Of a DNA stretch of 64,000 bases, positions 30,997 through 40,970 are shown in pieces (the first letter of the stretch is position 1; each line of letters starts with the position of its first letter). The DNA comes from Candidatus Stramentimicrobium fermentans. Lineage in GTDB: Bacteria; Atribacterota; Phoenicimicrobiia; Phoenicimicrobiales; Stramentimicrobiaceae. The notes under the pieces are model-generated. The model was not told the origin of the DNA. It ran no database searches and was given only the letters and a program-made list of their open reading frames with translations. Both the position numbers and the translations under genes were made by a program. The stretch spans positions 1,505 through 65,504 of the forward strand of contig JAAYOB010000018.1 of NCBI GenBank assembly GCA_012520575.1, read 5' to 3'.

Positions 30997-32250
30997 ATGA
31001 AATTTTTATGGGATTTAGCCCAAAAAAATCTTTCCCGTTCCAGAGCGAGAACCATAGTATCGGTTTTTGCTATTGCTATTGCTGTTATTTCAGTGGTATT
31101 TTTGCGGGGCCTAATCAATGGAGTGCTGGATACCACCTTTGCCAACCATATTCACTATAAAGCGGGACATATCAGAGTCATTGATCAGGAATATAAATTG
31201 AAAGAAGAACTGATACCACTCAACTATACGGTCAATGGTTTTAATGGAGAAGGTTTTAAAGGTATAGCTGAGGAATTAAAGCAGATCGAAGGAGTAAAAC
31301 AGATTCTGCCCCGACTCAGGTTTGCGGCTCTGGTTCCCCATGATGAGAAACTGATAGGTATGCAAGGTTGGGGTGTAGACCCGGAAGGCGAGATCGGCTT
31401 TACAGGAATTGACAAGTATATTACTGAAGGCAGAATGGTGCAATCAGAAAAAAGAGAGTTGGTAATGGGTGCTGATTTAATGGAAAAGCTGGGTAAGCAA
31501 GTCGGAGATAAAGTCACTTTCCTCTATAATACTGTCTTTGATTCTTTTCGTGCTTCTACTTTTCTGCTGGTAGGGAAGGTGGAGAGCAACCTTGATTTTT
31601 TAGATAAGGCGGTATTCTTTTTGCCATTGGAACAGGCACAGACCATTCTGGAGATGGATGGCGAGGTTACCGAATTACTGATTATCACACCGAATTACAA
31701 TCAAGCGGATAAGATATTGCCCCAAATTACAGAACTTTTTAAGATTAAAGATCCGTTCCAAAAGTATGCCCTGCAGCTCTGGAACAGAGATTATGAGCTG
31801 ATTGAGCTGTTTAACTTTGCTAATGTTTTTTATGATTTTATATATATCTTTATTCTGATTCTATCCTGCTTTGTGCTGATAAATACGCTTATTATGATTG
31901 TCAATGAGAGAAAGAGAGAGATAGGTATGATGAGCGCACTCGGTTTAAACTCCAATGAGATCCTCTCACTCTTTGCTTTGGAAGGGGTAATCATCGGTAC
32001 TTTAGGTAGTGCTATCGGAGTGGTTATTGGTGGGGTGCTGACCAAAGTTTTTTCCACGGCGGGTTTGGATTTTAGCGCAGCCATGGAGGGAGTATCGGCA
32101 GATTTACTGTTTGAACCGATGTTTTATACAGTGTTCAGTATGGAAAATTTAATTTTTGCTTTTCTATTGGGAGTGACAGTGGTGACACTGGCATGCATGA
32201 TACCGGCCGGTATGGCAGCTCGATTGGATCCGGTGGGGGCTTTACGTTAA
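30997..32250 (+). CDS. Second ABC transporter permease, FtsX/MacB family
   Basis: Same topology as the preceding gene. ATG at 30997 (MKFLWDLAQKN...) is the likely start, not the overlapping 30910. Confidence 0.75.
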   Translation: MKFLWDLAQKNLSRSRARTIVSVFAIAIAVISVVFLRGLINGVLDTTFANHIHYKAGHIRVIDQEYKLKEELIPLNYTVNGFNGEGFKGIAEELKQIEGVKQILPRLRFAALVPHDEKLIGMQGWGVDPEGEIGFTGIDKYITEGRMVQSEKRELVMGADLMEKLGKQVGDKVTFLYNTVFDSFRASTFLLVGKVESNLDFLDKAVFFLPLEQAQTILEMDGEVTELLIITPNYNQADKILPQITELFKIKDPFQKYALQLWNRDYELIELFNFANVFYDFIYIFILILSCFVLINTLIMIVNERKREIGMMSALGLNSNEILSLFALEGVIIGTLGSAIGVVIGGVLTKVFSTAGLDFSAAMEGVSADLLFEPMFYTVFSMENLIFAFLLGVTVVTLACMIPAGMAARLDPVGALR

Positions 32251-32358
32251 ATATATTAAGAGAAAAAGATAGTCGAGAAAGGAGAATGCAGTCTGGAGAA
32301 TAGAAAAAAATTCAAAAAGAATAAGGATAGAAATAAATATAGTAATAAAAATATCTTA

Positions 32359-33087
32359 GTGAGAATAATCTCATTCTTGTTTTTAATGATTTTTGCAATA
32401 GCCGCATCTGCCGAGCTGACTGCTTTAGAAATCATAGAAAAGAGAGATGAGAATGAATATATACGCTCAGCCGTTGTTGAAGCTACCATGATAATAAGCC
32501 GGGGGAATAGAAAAATAGAGAAAACCATGGTCAGCTATACTAAAGACAAAAACGCCTTAGCGGAATTTACCAATCCTGCTGATAGGGGAAGTAAGTTTTT
32601 GAAAAGGGACGATAATCTCTGGCTCTTTTTTCCGGATGCCGAGGAGATTGTAAAAATATCCGGTCATATGTTGGAACAAGGGTTTATGGGCAGTGATTTT
32701 TCATTTCAGGATGTGATGGAATCTGATAAATTGGTTGAGCTTTATACCTTTAGCCTATTAGGAAAAGAGGTTTTTGAAGAGCGTCCTTGTTATGTCATTG
32801 AAGCAACCGCCCTCCCCGGTAAGAAGGTATCCTATTACCGCAGGAAAGTATGGATAGATAAAGAGCGTTTTGTGACCCTGAAGGGCGAGCTCTATACCCA
32901 AAACGGACGACTGCTAAAGGAGAGCAAAGTAGAGAAGCTCGAGGAGATAGATGGGCGGTGGTTAGCAGTACAGTCTATTATGGAGAACAAATTACGGAAG
33001 AATACCTATACTCGATTTATTATTAATAATATTGACTTAGCTCCCAAATTAGATGATAAAATTTTTAGCCTGCAGAGCTTACGTTAA
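32359..33087 (+). CDS. LolA-like outer-membrane lipoprotein-sorting / lipid-binding fold protein (secreted)
   Basis: Signal peptide, 242 aa, composition typical of LolA-like (DUF4367/DUF1571-type) proteins found beside MacB-type ABC systems. GTG start. Confidence 0.5.
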   Translation: MRIISFLFLMIFAIAASAELTALEIIEKRDENEYIRSAVVEATMIISRGNRKIEKTMVSYTKDKNALAEFTNPADRGSKFLKRDDNLWLFFPDAEEIVKISGHMLEQGFMGSDFSFQDVMESDKLVELYTFSLLGKEVFEERPCYVIEATALPGKKVSYYRRKVWIDKERFVTLKGELYTQNGRLLKESKVEKLEEIDGRWLAVQSIMENKLRKNTYTRFIINNIDLAPKLDDKIFSLQSLR

Positions 33088-33328
33088 TAAGTAAAAAAAT
33101 TAGGATACCATTCGAACAGTTTCTACAGAACCCCTTTTTTATTTTACAATGGGAAAATAAGGAAGGGAATTTTTATTTATAAGTTTAGCTAAATATTTTA
33201 AAAGCTTGTTTTATAAAACGATGTTATAGCCTTTTTAAAATTTCCATAATAAGTTATTATTACTATACCATTGTAAATAGATATGTATTTTGTAAAGAAG
33301 GTTGCTAAGTGAAAGGAGTAAGTAGCAA

Positions 33329-34366
33329 ATGGTGATTAATTTAAGGAGTGATACCCAGACTCTGCCTACTGAGGAGATGTTAGAGGCAATGAGAAATGCC
33401 TCTTTGGGTGATGATGTGTTAGGAGAAGATCCTACGGTCAATAAGCTGGAAAAGTTATCTGCCGAAATGTTAGGTAAAGAAGCAGCGCTTTTGGTGGCGA
33501 GCGGTACCATGGGCAATCTCTGTGCCCTGATGAGCCATACCCATCCCGGTGATGAAGTTATCTTAGAGGCCGAGTCTCATACCTACTATTATGAAGTGGG
33601 TGGATTTTCGGCCTTAGCCGGGCTTTCTCCCCGTTTTGTACAGGGTGAACATGGCATAATGTCAGTGGATAAGATTAAAGAGGCAATCAGACCGGGAGAT
33701 ATTCATTTTCCTCACCCGACTCTATTATGTATTGAGAATACCCATAACCGTGGTGGAGGGACAGTATATCCGGTCACTCTGATGGATGAGATTGCCCAAT
33801 TTGCCCATAAGCAGGGTTTGAAAGTTCATATAGATGGTGCGCGTATCTTTAATGCCTCTGTTGCCTTAGGGGTTTCGGTAACGGAATTAGTGAAAAGTGC
33901 CGATTCAGTGATGTTCTGCCTCTCCAAAGGATTGAGCGCACCGATTGGTTCCATACTGGCAGGAGATAAGGGCTTTGTAGAGAAAGCAAGGAAAGTAAGA
34001 AAGATGGTTGGAGGGGGTATGAGGCAGGCAGGAATAATAGCTGCTGCCGGTATAGTAGCTTTAGAGAAAATGGTTGACCGCTTATCAGAGGACCATGCAT
34101 ATGCCCGCTATATTGCTGAGGAATTGATTAAAGTTGGCGGTTTGAATATTGATTTAGAAACTGTACAGACCAATATGGTCTATTGCGATACCAGCCCTTT
34201 GAAAATTAGCGCAGACCAATTTGCCAACCTGCTTAAAGAACAGGGATTGTTAGTTTCAGCAGTTTCAACCGATCAGATACGCCTGGTAACCAGCCGCCAT
34301 ATAACTGATAAAGAGGCCGGCGAGGTTATTGCAACAATTAAGAGAGTAATCGAAAACGTACTGTAA
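33329..34366 (+). CDS. ltaE: Low-specificity L-threonine aldolase (PLP-dependent beta-eliminating lyase family)
   Basis: N-terminal NLRSDT...P motif, GTMGN PLP-region, 345 aa. Confidence 0.8.
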   Translation: MVINLRSDTQTLPTEEMLEAMRNASLGDDVLGEDPTVNKLEKLSAEMLGKEAALLVASGTMGNLCALMSHTHPGDEVILEAESHTYYYEVGGFSALAGLSPRFVQGEHGIMSVDKIKEAIRPGDIHFPHPTLLCIENTHNRGGGTVYPVTLMDEIAQFAHKQGLKVHIDGARIFNASVALGVSVTELVKSADSVMFCLSKGLSAPIGSILAGDKGFVEKARKVRKMVGGGMRQAGIIAAAGIVALEKMVDRLSEDHAYARYIAEELIKVGGLNIDLETVQTNMVYCDTSPLKISADQFANLLKEQGLLVSAVSTDQIRLVTSRHITDKEAGEVIATIKRVIENVL

Positions 34367-34459
34367 ATAAATAATAATTTCGGCTTAATGTATGTTAGAA
34401 TAAACATGAGTTACTCAGGATAAGGAAACACTAATTCGTGAGATGTAAAGGATTAACAT

Positions 34460-35152
34460 GTGAACATAATTAAAGACACCTTGAAGGAAGTGATCTACGC
34501 TATTTTGCCGATAGCCTTAGTGATTGTTTTCTTTCAATTTACCATTCTCCATCTTCCCACCAAGGACTTTCTTAATTTTTTGGTGGGGGTATTCTTTGCC
34601 TTCGTCGGTTTTGTACTATTTCTTGTGGGAGTTAATGCCAGCTTATTGCCCATCGGTGAAGCTTTTGGGGCTACTCTAATTCAGGATGAGAAGGTCTGGC
34701 TTTTAATGGGTTTTGGTTTTACCTTAGGTTTTACAGTGGTAATAGCAGAGCCGGGACTGCAGATTTTAGCAGGCCAGGTTGCAAAGTCCTCCGGTGGTGA
34801 AATACCTAAATACCTATTACTAGTAATGGTTGCTTTAGGGATGGGGTCATTTTTTACCCTTTCTCTAACCAGGATTATCTTTGGAGTGTCTTTATTAAAA
34901 ATACTGTTGGTTAGCTATATTCTATTGTTTACATTAGCATTGTTTTCCCTACCGGAATTCTTTACAGTGGCTTTTGATGCCGGAGGAGTAACCACAGGTC
35001 CTTTAGTGGTACCTTTTATCTTGGCACTGGGGGTGGGTATGTCTGCTATCAGAGGACCTAAGGCGGGTACTGAAGACAGTTTTGGATTTGTGGGTTTGTC
35101 TGCCGTCGGTTCCATTATGGCAGTGTTGATATTGGGGATAATATACCGATGA
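34460..35152 (+). CDS. DUF1538-family integral membrane protein (paralog 1)
   Basis: 230 aa, two internal repeats of 3 TM; precedes a PII-like protein. GTG start. Confidence 0.6.
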   Translation: MNIIKDTLKEVIYAILPIALVIVFFQFTILHLPTKDFLNFLVGVFFAFVGFVLFLVGVNASLLPIGEAFGATLIQDEKVWLLMGFGFTLGFTVVIAEPGLQILAGQVAKSSGGEIPKYLLLVMVALGMGSFFTLSLTRIIFGVSLLKILLVSYILLFTLALFSLPEFFTVAFDAGGVTTGPLVVPFILALGVGMSAIRGPKAGTEDSFGFVGLSAVGSIMAVLILGIIYR

Positions 35153-35952
35153 CGATATTTGTTGACGAATTGATAGTGTTAGTCAAAGAAATATTTATAT
35201 CTTTACTACCACTACTAATTATATTTTTAATATTTCAGTTTATTCGTTTAAAGCTGCCCAAAGAACAATTTTTGGTCATAATTAGGGGAATAGTTTTGAC
35301 TTTTGTGGGTTTAGTGCTTTTTTTATTGGGTATAAAGGTTGGCTTTATCAGGGTGGGAGAATTAATAGGGCAAACCCTAGGCACACTTGATCATAATTGG
35401 ATTTTGATACCTATCGGCTTTTTATTAGGATTATTAGTGACTCTGGCTGAACCGGGGGTCAGAATTTTAGCTCTTGAGGTAGAAAAAGTTACCGGTGGAT
35501 ATATCAGTAGAAAGATAATTCTTTATTTTCTAGCGATTGGAGTGGCTCTCGCAGTTGCCCTGTCTATGTTTAGAATGTTAAAAGGTATATCCTTATGGTA
35601 TTTCTTATTACCGGGTTATTGCACTATTTTAACTTTGATGTGGTTTGTAAAACCGATGTTTGTAGCCATTGCCTTTGATTCAGGAGGGTTTGCCACCGGG
35701 CCGATGATTACTACCTTTATGCTGGCTCTTATGGTGGGCAGCTCTGCAGCCATTAAAGGAAGTAATCCGCTTTTAGATGCCTTTGGTATGGTGGCAATGG
35801 TGGCAATGGTTCCTATTTTTTCTGTCTTGGTCTTGGGAGTATTATACAAAAGAGAAGAGTTAAGAATAGCAAGACTCGAAAAGCAGGATAGATTAAAAGA
35901 AGAAAAAGAGATAGGGAACGCAAATAGCATATCTCATTCTTTGGATAGATGA
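35149..35952 (+). CDS. DUF1538-family integral membrane protein (paralog 2)
   Basis: Paralogous to the preceding gene (shared FDAGG/FDSGG, GPLVVP/GPMITT motifs); 4-nt overlap. Confidence 0.6.
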   Translation: MTIFVDELIVLVKEIFISLLPLLIIFLIFQFIRLKLPKEQFLVIIRGIVLTFVGLVLFLLGIKVGFIRVGELIGQTLGTLDHNWILIPIGFLLGLLVTLAEPGVRILALEVEKVTGGYISRKIILYFLAIGVALAVALSMFRMLKGISLWYFLLPGYCTILTLMWFVKPMFVAIAFDSGGFATGPMITTFMLALMVGSSAAIKGSNPLLDAFGMVAMVAMVPIFSVLVLGVLYKREELRIARLEKQDRLKEEKEIGNANSISHSLDR

Positions 35953-36027
35953 TATCATGATATTATTTTCTGAATTGTCAGGAAAATTAGATGGATGTTT
36001 TTATAAATGGAATAGGGGGTAAGGGAG

Positions 36028-36375
36028 ATGGCTGAAGTTGACATTGAATTCGATTTAATTGTAACTATCGTCGATAAAGGAAAAGCCGGCTATGTAGTGG
36101 AAGCATCTAAAAGGGCAGGAGCTTTAGGGGGCACTATACTCTTGGGGCGAGGTTCGGGAACTCGTGAAGGTAGGAAGATATTCGGGATTCCGATCGAGCC
36201 GGAAAAAGAGATAGTCTTAACTTTGATTGACCAACAGCAATCTTCTAAGGTGCTGAAGGCAATTCAAGTAGAGCTGCACTTGGATGAACCGGGAAAAGGG
36301 ATTGCCTTTGCGTTAGATGTAAAACATATTGTTGGCATTCATCATGTTTATAATCTTTGTAACAAAGATAGCTGA
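36028..36375 (+). CDS. PII-like (nitrogen regulatory protein P-II superfamily) small signalling protein
   Basis: 115 aa; the LIVTIVDKGKAGYVVEASKRAGALGGTILLGRGSG pattern matches the PII/GlnB-like fold. Confidence 0.6.
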   Translation: MAEVDIEFDLIVTIVDKGKAGYVVEASKRAGALGGTILLGRGSGTREGRKIFGIPIEPEKEIVLTLIDQQQSSKVLKAIQVELHLDEPGKGIAFALDVKHIVGIHHVYNLCNKDS

Positions 36376-36444
36376 CCTAACTAACCAAAGAATAATTAGA
36401 ATTAGGCATAACTATTTTTTAATAATGGCCTTTACTAACAAAAG

Positions 36445-37275
36445 ATGAAAGATGACAAGTTTTCTCATAAGAAATATCTTCACTACTCATATTCATGGGT
36501 ATTACTAATAATATTGCTCTTTCTGCCCATAGTTTCTTGCTGTCAGAAAATTATAGTTGATGATGATAATGAACTCATCAATCTTCTTTCCTATGAAATT
36601 ATCGATATTTTTCCTCATGACCCCGCTGCCTTTACCCAGGGGTTAGTCTGGGAAGATGGTTTTCTCTATGAAGGGACCGGGCTTTATGGCTCCTCCTCTT
36701 TACGCAAGGTAGAACTAAAGACCGGAAAGGTTTTACAATGCCATAATCTTAATGATGATTATTTCGGAGAAGGAATCACTATCTTCAATGGCAGAATATA
36801 TCAACTGACCTGGCAGGAGAAGACCGGCTTTATCTATGATAAGGAGACTTTTAAACTACTGGACACTTTTACTTATCTCTCTGAAGGGTGGGGAATTACG
36901 CATGATGGAGACAATCTCATTATTAGTGATGGGAGTTCGACTCTCCGCTTTTTAGATCCAATCAAAATGGAAGAAGTAAAGCAGCTACGAGTACATTACA
37001 AAGGAAACACCATCTCTAATCTCAATGAATTAGAATATATCAAAGGTAAAATATATGCCAACATCTGGCAGACTACTCTGATTGCTATCGTCGACCCGGA
37101 TACCGGAGAAGTGGTCAGCTGGATTAATTTAGGAGAGATCCTTATTTCGGTCGAGGAGGACAGTTGCCAAAAGATAGACGTCTTAAACGGTATTGCCTAC
37201 AATGAAGGGAAGGATAGCCTCTTTGTTACCGGTAAACTCTGGCCCAAAATATTTGAGATAAAAATCCATAATTAG
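36445..37275 (+). CDS. Glutaminyl-peptide cyclotransferase (plant/bacterial beta-propeller type glutamine cyclotransferase)
   Basis: Signal/TM N-terminus; FTQGLVWEDGFLYEGTGLYGSS and GEGITIFNGRIYQLTW motifs typical of this family. Confidence 0.65.
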   Translation: MKDDKFSHKKYLHYSYSWVLLIILLFLPIVSCCQKIIVDDDNELINLLSYEIIDIFPHDPAAFTQGLVWEDGFLYEGTGLYGSSSLRKVELKTGKVLQCHNLNDDYFGEGITIFNGRIYQLTWQEKTGFIYDKETFKLLDTFTYLSEGWGITHDGDNLIISDGSSTLRFLDPIKMEEVKQLRVHYKGNTISNLNELEYIKGKIYANIWQTTLIAIVDPDTGEVVSWINLGEILISVEEDSCQKIDVLNGIAYNEGKDSLFVTGKLWPKIFEIKIHN

Positions 37276-37450
37276 ATAACTATCTGCTAATTAATTGGTA
37301 TGGTTTTTTAACAAGTTAACCAATTATATTCTATTAAAACCTCTGCTATGGTGTAAAATTTATTTTAAAATGAGCTTATTCGATGTTATATTAATTATGC
37401 TAATTTTTAATTGTCAAAAACGTAACCAAGAATTAATAAAATTGTGAGAT

Positions 37451-39202
37451 GTGATGTTTAAAAAATTCATTCATTATTATAAACCTTATAAGGGAATATT
37501 TTTTATAGATTTATTGAGTGCCACCATTATTGCGGCTATTGACTTGGTATTTCCGGCGATAACCAGATTGTTTATTAATAACATAATTCCGGAAAACCAA
37601 TTCCGGCTTTTTTATATCTATATCGGGGTTTTAGTAATTCTTTCCATAATACGAACTATTGCCAACTATGTAGTAAATTTCTGGGGTCATGCTATGGGAA
37701 CCAGAATGGAAAGGGATATGAGGACAGACATCTTTACCCATTTACAAACATTATCCTTAGACTATTTTGATAATGTTAAGACCGGGCATCTAATGTCCCG
37801 AGTGATCAATGACATAAGTAATATTGGGGAGCTGGCTCACCATGGTCCGGAAGATTTGTTCTTATCCTTTATTATGATTGTTGGGTCTTTTATCATCCTA
37901 TTTCGTATAGAATGGCGGCTTACCATAGTCCTCTATAGTTTTCTGATTATATTAATGGGCTATACGGTCTATAAGAGAAAAAAGATGACCGCAGTATATC
38001 GCTTGGTTAGAAAAAAAATTGCCAATGTGAATGCCCAATTAGAGAATAGTATTTCCGGGATAAGGGTGGCTAAGGCCTTTACCAATGAAGAGTACGAATT
38101 AGAAAAATTTGACATGGGGAATCAAGAGTTTAACCAATCCCGGGAGATGGCTTATAAGGTTATGGCTGAATTTTATTCTACAATAATGTTCTTACTCGGC
38201 TTTTTAGATATAATAGCTCTGGGATTGGGCGGCTATTTAGTTTTTCAGAAAGTAATAAATATTGGTGATTTAGTTGCTTATCTCTTGTATATCAGTTTTT
38301 TCCTACAGCCGATTCGTAGATTGACTAACTTTACCGAACAGCTGCAAGAAGGTATCAGTGGTTTTGAAAGACTGGTAGAGATAATGTCCATTAAACCTAC
38401 TATTATTGACAAAGAAGATGCTGTTGAGTTGAATAGTGTTAGTGGAAGAATTGAATTTAAAAATGTCTCCTTCAGCTATAAAAAAGAAGAAGTTGTATTG
38501 TCAGATATTAACCTGACTATCAATACCGGTCAGACTTTAGCATTGGTAGGGCCTTCTGGTGCCGGTAAAACCACCTTATGTCATCTCATACCACGCTTTT
38601 ATGAGATAAATTCAGGTGAAATTCTTATAGATGGTATCAATATTCAAGATATTACCATGTATTCTCTGCGTAAAAATATCGGTCTGGTGCAGCAGGATGT
38701 CTTCTTATTTACCGGTACTATTGGGGAGAACATCTTGTATGGTAAACCGGATGCCAACGAAGAAGAGGTAATACAGGCGGCTATTGATGCTAATATAGAT
38801 GATTTTATTCAGACTTTGCCTGATAAATATGATACCTATGTCGGTGAAAAGGGCGTTATGCTCTCCGGTGGTCAAAAACAGAGAATATCGCTGGCTAGGG
38901 CTTTTCTGAAAAATCCGCCTATCTTAATTTTGGATGAGGCAACCTCCTCGCTCGATGCCGAAACAGAGGCAATTATCCAGGAATCACTAGAAAAACTGGT
39001 CATTGGTCGTACTGTTCTGGTCATAGCACACCGCCTTTCTACCATTAGAAATGCTGACCAGATTATCGTTCTGACCAATAAAGGGATTATTGAAAAAGGA
39101 ACACATGAAGAATTACTCGCCAATGATAAGTTGTATTCCAAGCTCTACCAATCACAATTCAAGGGCTTCATACCTGATGAGGTGCAGAAAAATAACAATT
39201 GA
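37451..39202 (+). CDS. ABC transporter permease/ATPase fusion (MsbA-like exporter)
   Basis: Six N-terminal TM helices; Walker A GPSGAGKTT, signature LSGGQKQRISLARA, Walker B ILILDEATS. Confidence 0.85.
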   Translation: MMFKKFIHYYKPYKGIFFIDLLSATIIAAIDLVFPAITRLFINNIIPENQFRLFYIYIGVLVILSIIRTIANYVVNFWGHAMGTRMERDMRTDIFTHLQTLSLDYFDNVKTGHLMSRVINDISNIGELAHHGPEDLFLSFIMIVGSFIILFRIEWRLTIVLYSFLIILMGYTVYKRKKMTAVYRLVRKKIANVNAQLENSISGIRVAKAFTNEEYELEKFDMGNQEFNQSREMAYKVMAEFYSTIMFLLGFLDIIALGLGGYLVFQKVINIGDLVAYLLYISFFLQPIRRLTNFTEQLQEGISGFERLVEIMSIKPTIIDKEDAVELNSVSGRIEFKNVSFSYKKEEVVLSDINLTINTGQTLALVGPSGAGKTTLCHLIPRFYEINSGEILIDGINIQDITMYSLRKNIGLVQQDVFLFTGTIGENILYGKPDANEEEVIQAAIDANIDDFIQTLPDKYDTYVGEKGVMLSGGQKQRISLARAFLKNPPILILDEATSSLDAETEAIIQESLEKLVIGRTVLVIAHRLSTIRNADQIIVLTNKGIIEKGTHEELLANDKLYSKLYQSQFKGFIPDEVQKNNN

Positions 39203-39502
39203 CAACAGATTGGAAAGTAGCCCAGCTAATGATGACATAAGGGTAAAACCAAGGGCTGAGCCATAGACAAAGTTGATAGACCCCTTTAAGCCATATTAAT
39301 GATCTCATACCATATTCTTTTTTATGCCTATTGCTAAGAGTCGAAATCTAATAAGGAGTCAATAGATATAGTTCAAATAATTTTGTAAAAAACAAATGGT
39401 AAAATGTTCTAAAAAATTTTGCCATATAACTACACTTTCATTATAATGTTACTAAATATTTTACTAATATCAGTTATGGGTTGGTATTGAGGAGGAAATG
39501 AA

Positions 39503-40495
39503 TTGAATATAGCATTAGACGTAATGGGGGGAGATTATAGTCCTGAGGAGACCATTAAAGGTGCCTCTCTTTTTTTGAAAGAAAAGGACTGTACTCTAAC
39601 TCTTTTAGGAGAAAAAGATGTAGTTAGTTCCGTTATGGGCAACTATTCTTTTGACAAAAACAAGGTTAAAGTTGTGAATTGCCCCAACAGTAATAGTAAT
39701 GAAGTATTTTCTATTGATGTCATAAAAGGGAAAGAGGGTTCTCCCATAATAACAGGTATGGATTTGTTAAAAAATGATAAGGCGGATGCCTTTGTTTCAG
39801 CCGGTAATAGCGGTGCAATCATGGCTGGTGCCCTTTTGAAGCTGGGCTGTATTCCGGGTGTAAAACGTCCGGCAATAGCTATCATTATCCCGACTTTAAA
39901 CGGCAATAAAGTTATCTTGGATGTGGGTGCCAATGTAGATTGTAAACCAATTCATCTGCTCCATTTTGCCCTTATGGGTAATGCCTATGCTAAATACGAA
40001 TTGGGATTTGAAAACCCTAAAGTAGCGCTCTTGAATATTGGAGAAGAGGAGAATAAGGGAAATCGATTAACCCGAGAGGCATACCCGCTGCTCGCCGAGA
40101 GAGGGGATTTAAATTTTGTCGGCAATATCGAAGGTCGGGATATTTTTATGGGAACGGCAGATGTTATTGTCTGTGATGGATTTGTAGGTAATATTATCTT
40201 AAAGACAGCTGAAGGGCTTTCCGGTATGTTTATGACGGATTTTAAACTGAGTATTTTGAGGAGTCTTCCCGCGGGAGATATAACGGAAATGCTCAAAGAA
40301 AGATTTAACGATTATGCCATCCGAAGAAATTATAAAACATATGGCGGGGTACCTCTCTTAGGGGTAAACGGACTATGCTTTATCTGTCATGGCCGTTCCA
40401 AAGCCGAAGCGATTAGAAATGCTTTACATGGTGCCTCGATATTTGTGCAGAATAAGGGGTTAGAGCACCTGAAAAAAATAAACCTTGAAAATTAA
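39503..40495 (+). CDS. plsX: Phosphate acyltransferase PlsX
   Basis: IALDVMGGDYSPEE N-terminus and GNSGA motif; TTG start after an AGGAGG RBS. Confidence 0.85.
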   Translation: MNIALDVMGGDYSPEETIKGASLFLKEKDCTLTLLGEKDVVSSVMGNYSFDKNKVKVVNCPNSNSNEVFSIDVIKGKEGSPIITGMDLLKNDKADAFVSAGNSGAIMAGALLKLGCIPGVKRPAIAIIIPTLNGNKVILDVGANVDCKPIHLLHFALMGNAYAKYELGFENPKVALLNIGEEENKGNRLTREAYPLLAERGDLNFVGNIEGRDIFMGTADVIVCDGFVGNIILKTAEGLSGMFMTDFKLSILRSLPAGDITEMLKERFNDYAIRRNYKTYGGVPLLGVNGLCFICHGRSKAEAIRNALHGASIFVQNKGLEHLKKINLEN

Positions 40496-40496
40496 T

Positions 40497-40970
40497 TTAA
40501 AAGATACGTCCCAGAATAAAGCCTAAGAGTAAACCAATTAGGAAAATGGTAGTTATAATGCGGGCATCTTTAACCATGCTCATTCCTTTAAAACGAATTA
40601 CTATCAGTGTAACAAAGTAAGCAGACACATTTAAGGTTACAAAGATAGGCCAGGTGATGATATTGGCAATCATAGGCCCGATGTAAGGAATTGACTGTAT
40701 CAAAACTAAGAGACAAGTAAATAGACTACTGAATACCTCTATAACAATCCCTGCCAGAGCTACAATCACGGTGATAAGGAAAGCATCTATTTCGGTGTAA
40801 CGGAAAAGATAGTAGACTAATGAGAATAGAAAAACAGCGTAAAAAACATGGCGGGTTGAGATCTTTGATTTTTCGGGAATACGGGGCTTTAAATCCTGTT
40901 TCAACGGAGTATTTTGCTCTTGGTTTTTATTGTCTATATCCATTTTTTTATTCTTAACAATTATTAACAA
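40497..40970 (-). CDS. Small integral membrane protein of unknown function (4 TM)
   Basis: 157 aa ORF convergent with plsX; hydrophobic helices. Confidence 0.45.
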   Translation of the reverse strand: MLIIVKNKKMDIDNKNQEQNTPLKQDLKPRIPEKSKISTRHVFYAVFLFSLVYYLFRYTEIDAFLITVIVALAGIVIEVFSSLFTCLLVLIQSIPYIGPMIANIITWPIFVTLNVSAYFVTLIVIRFKGMSMVKDARIITTIFLIGLLLGFILGRIF

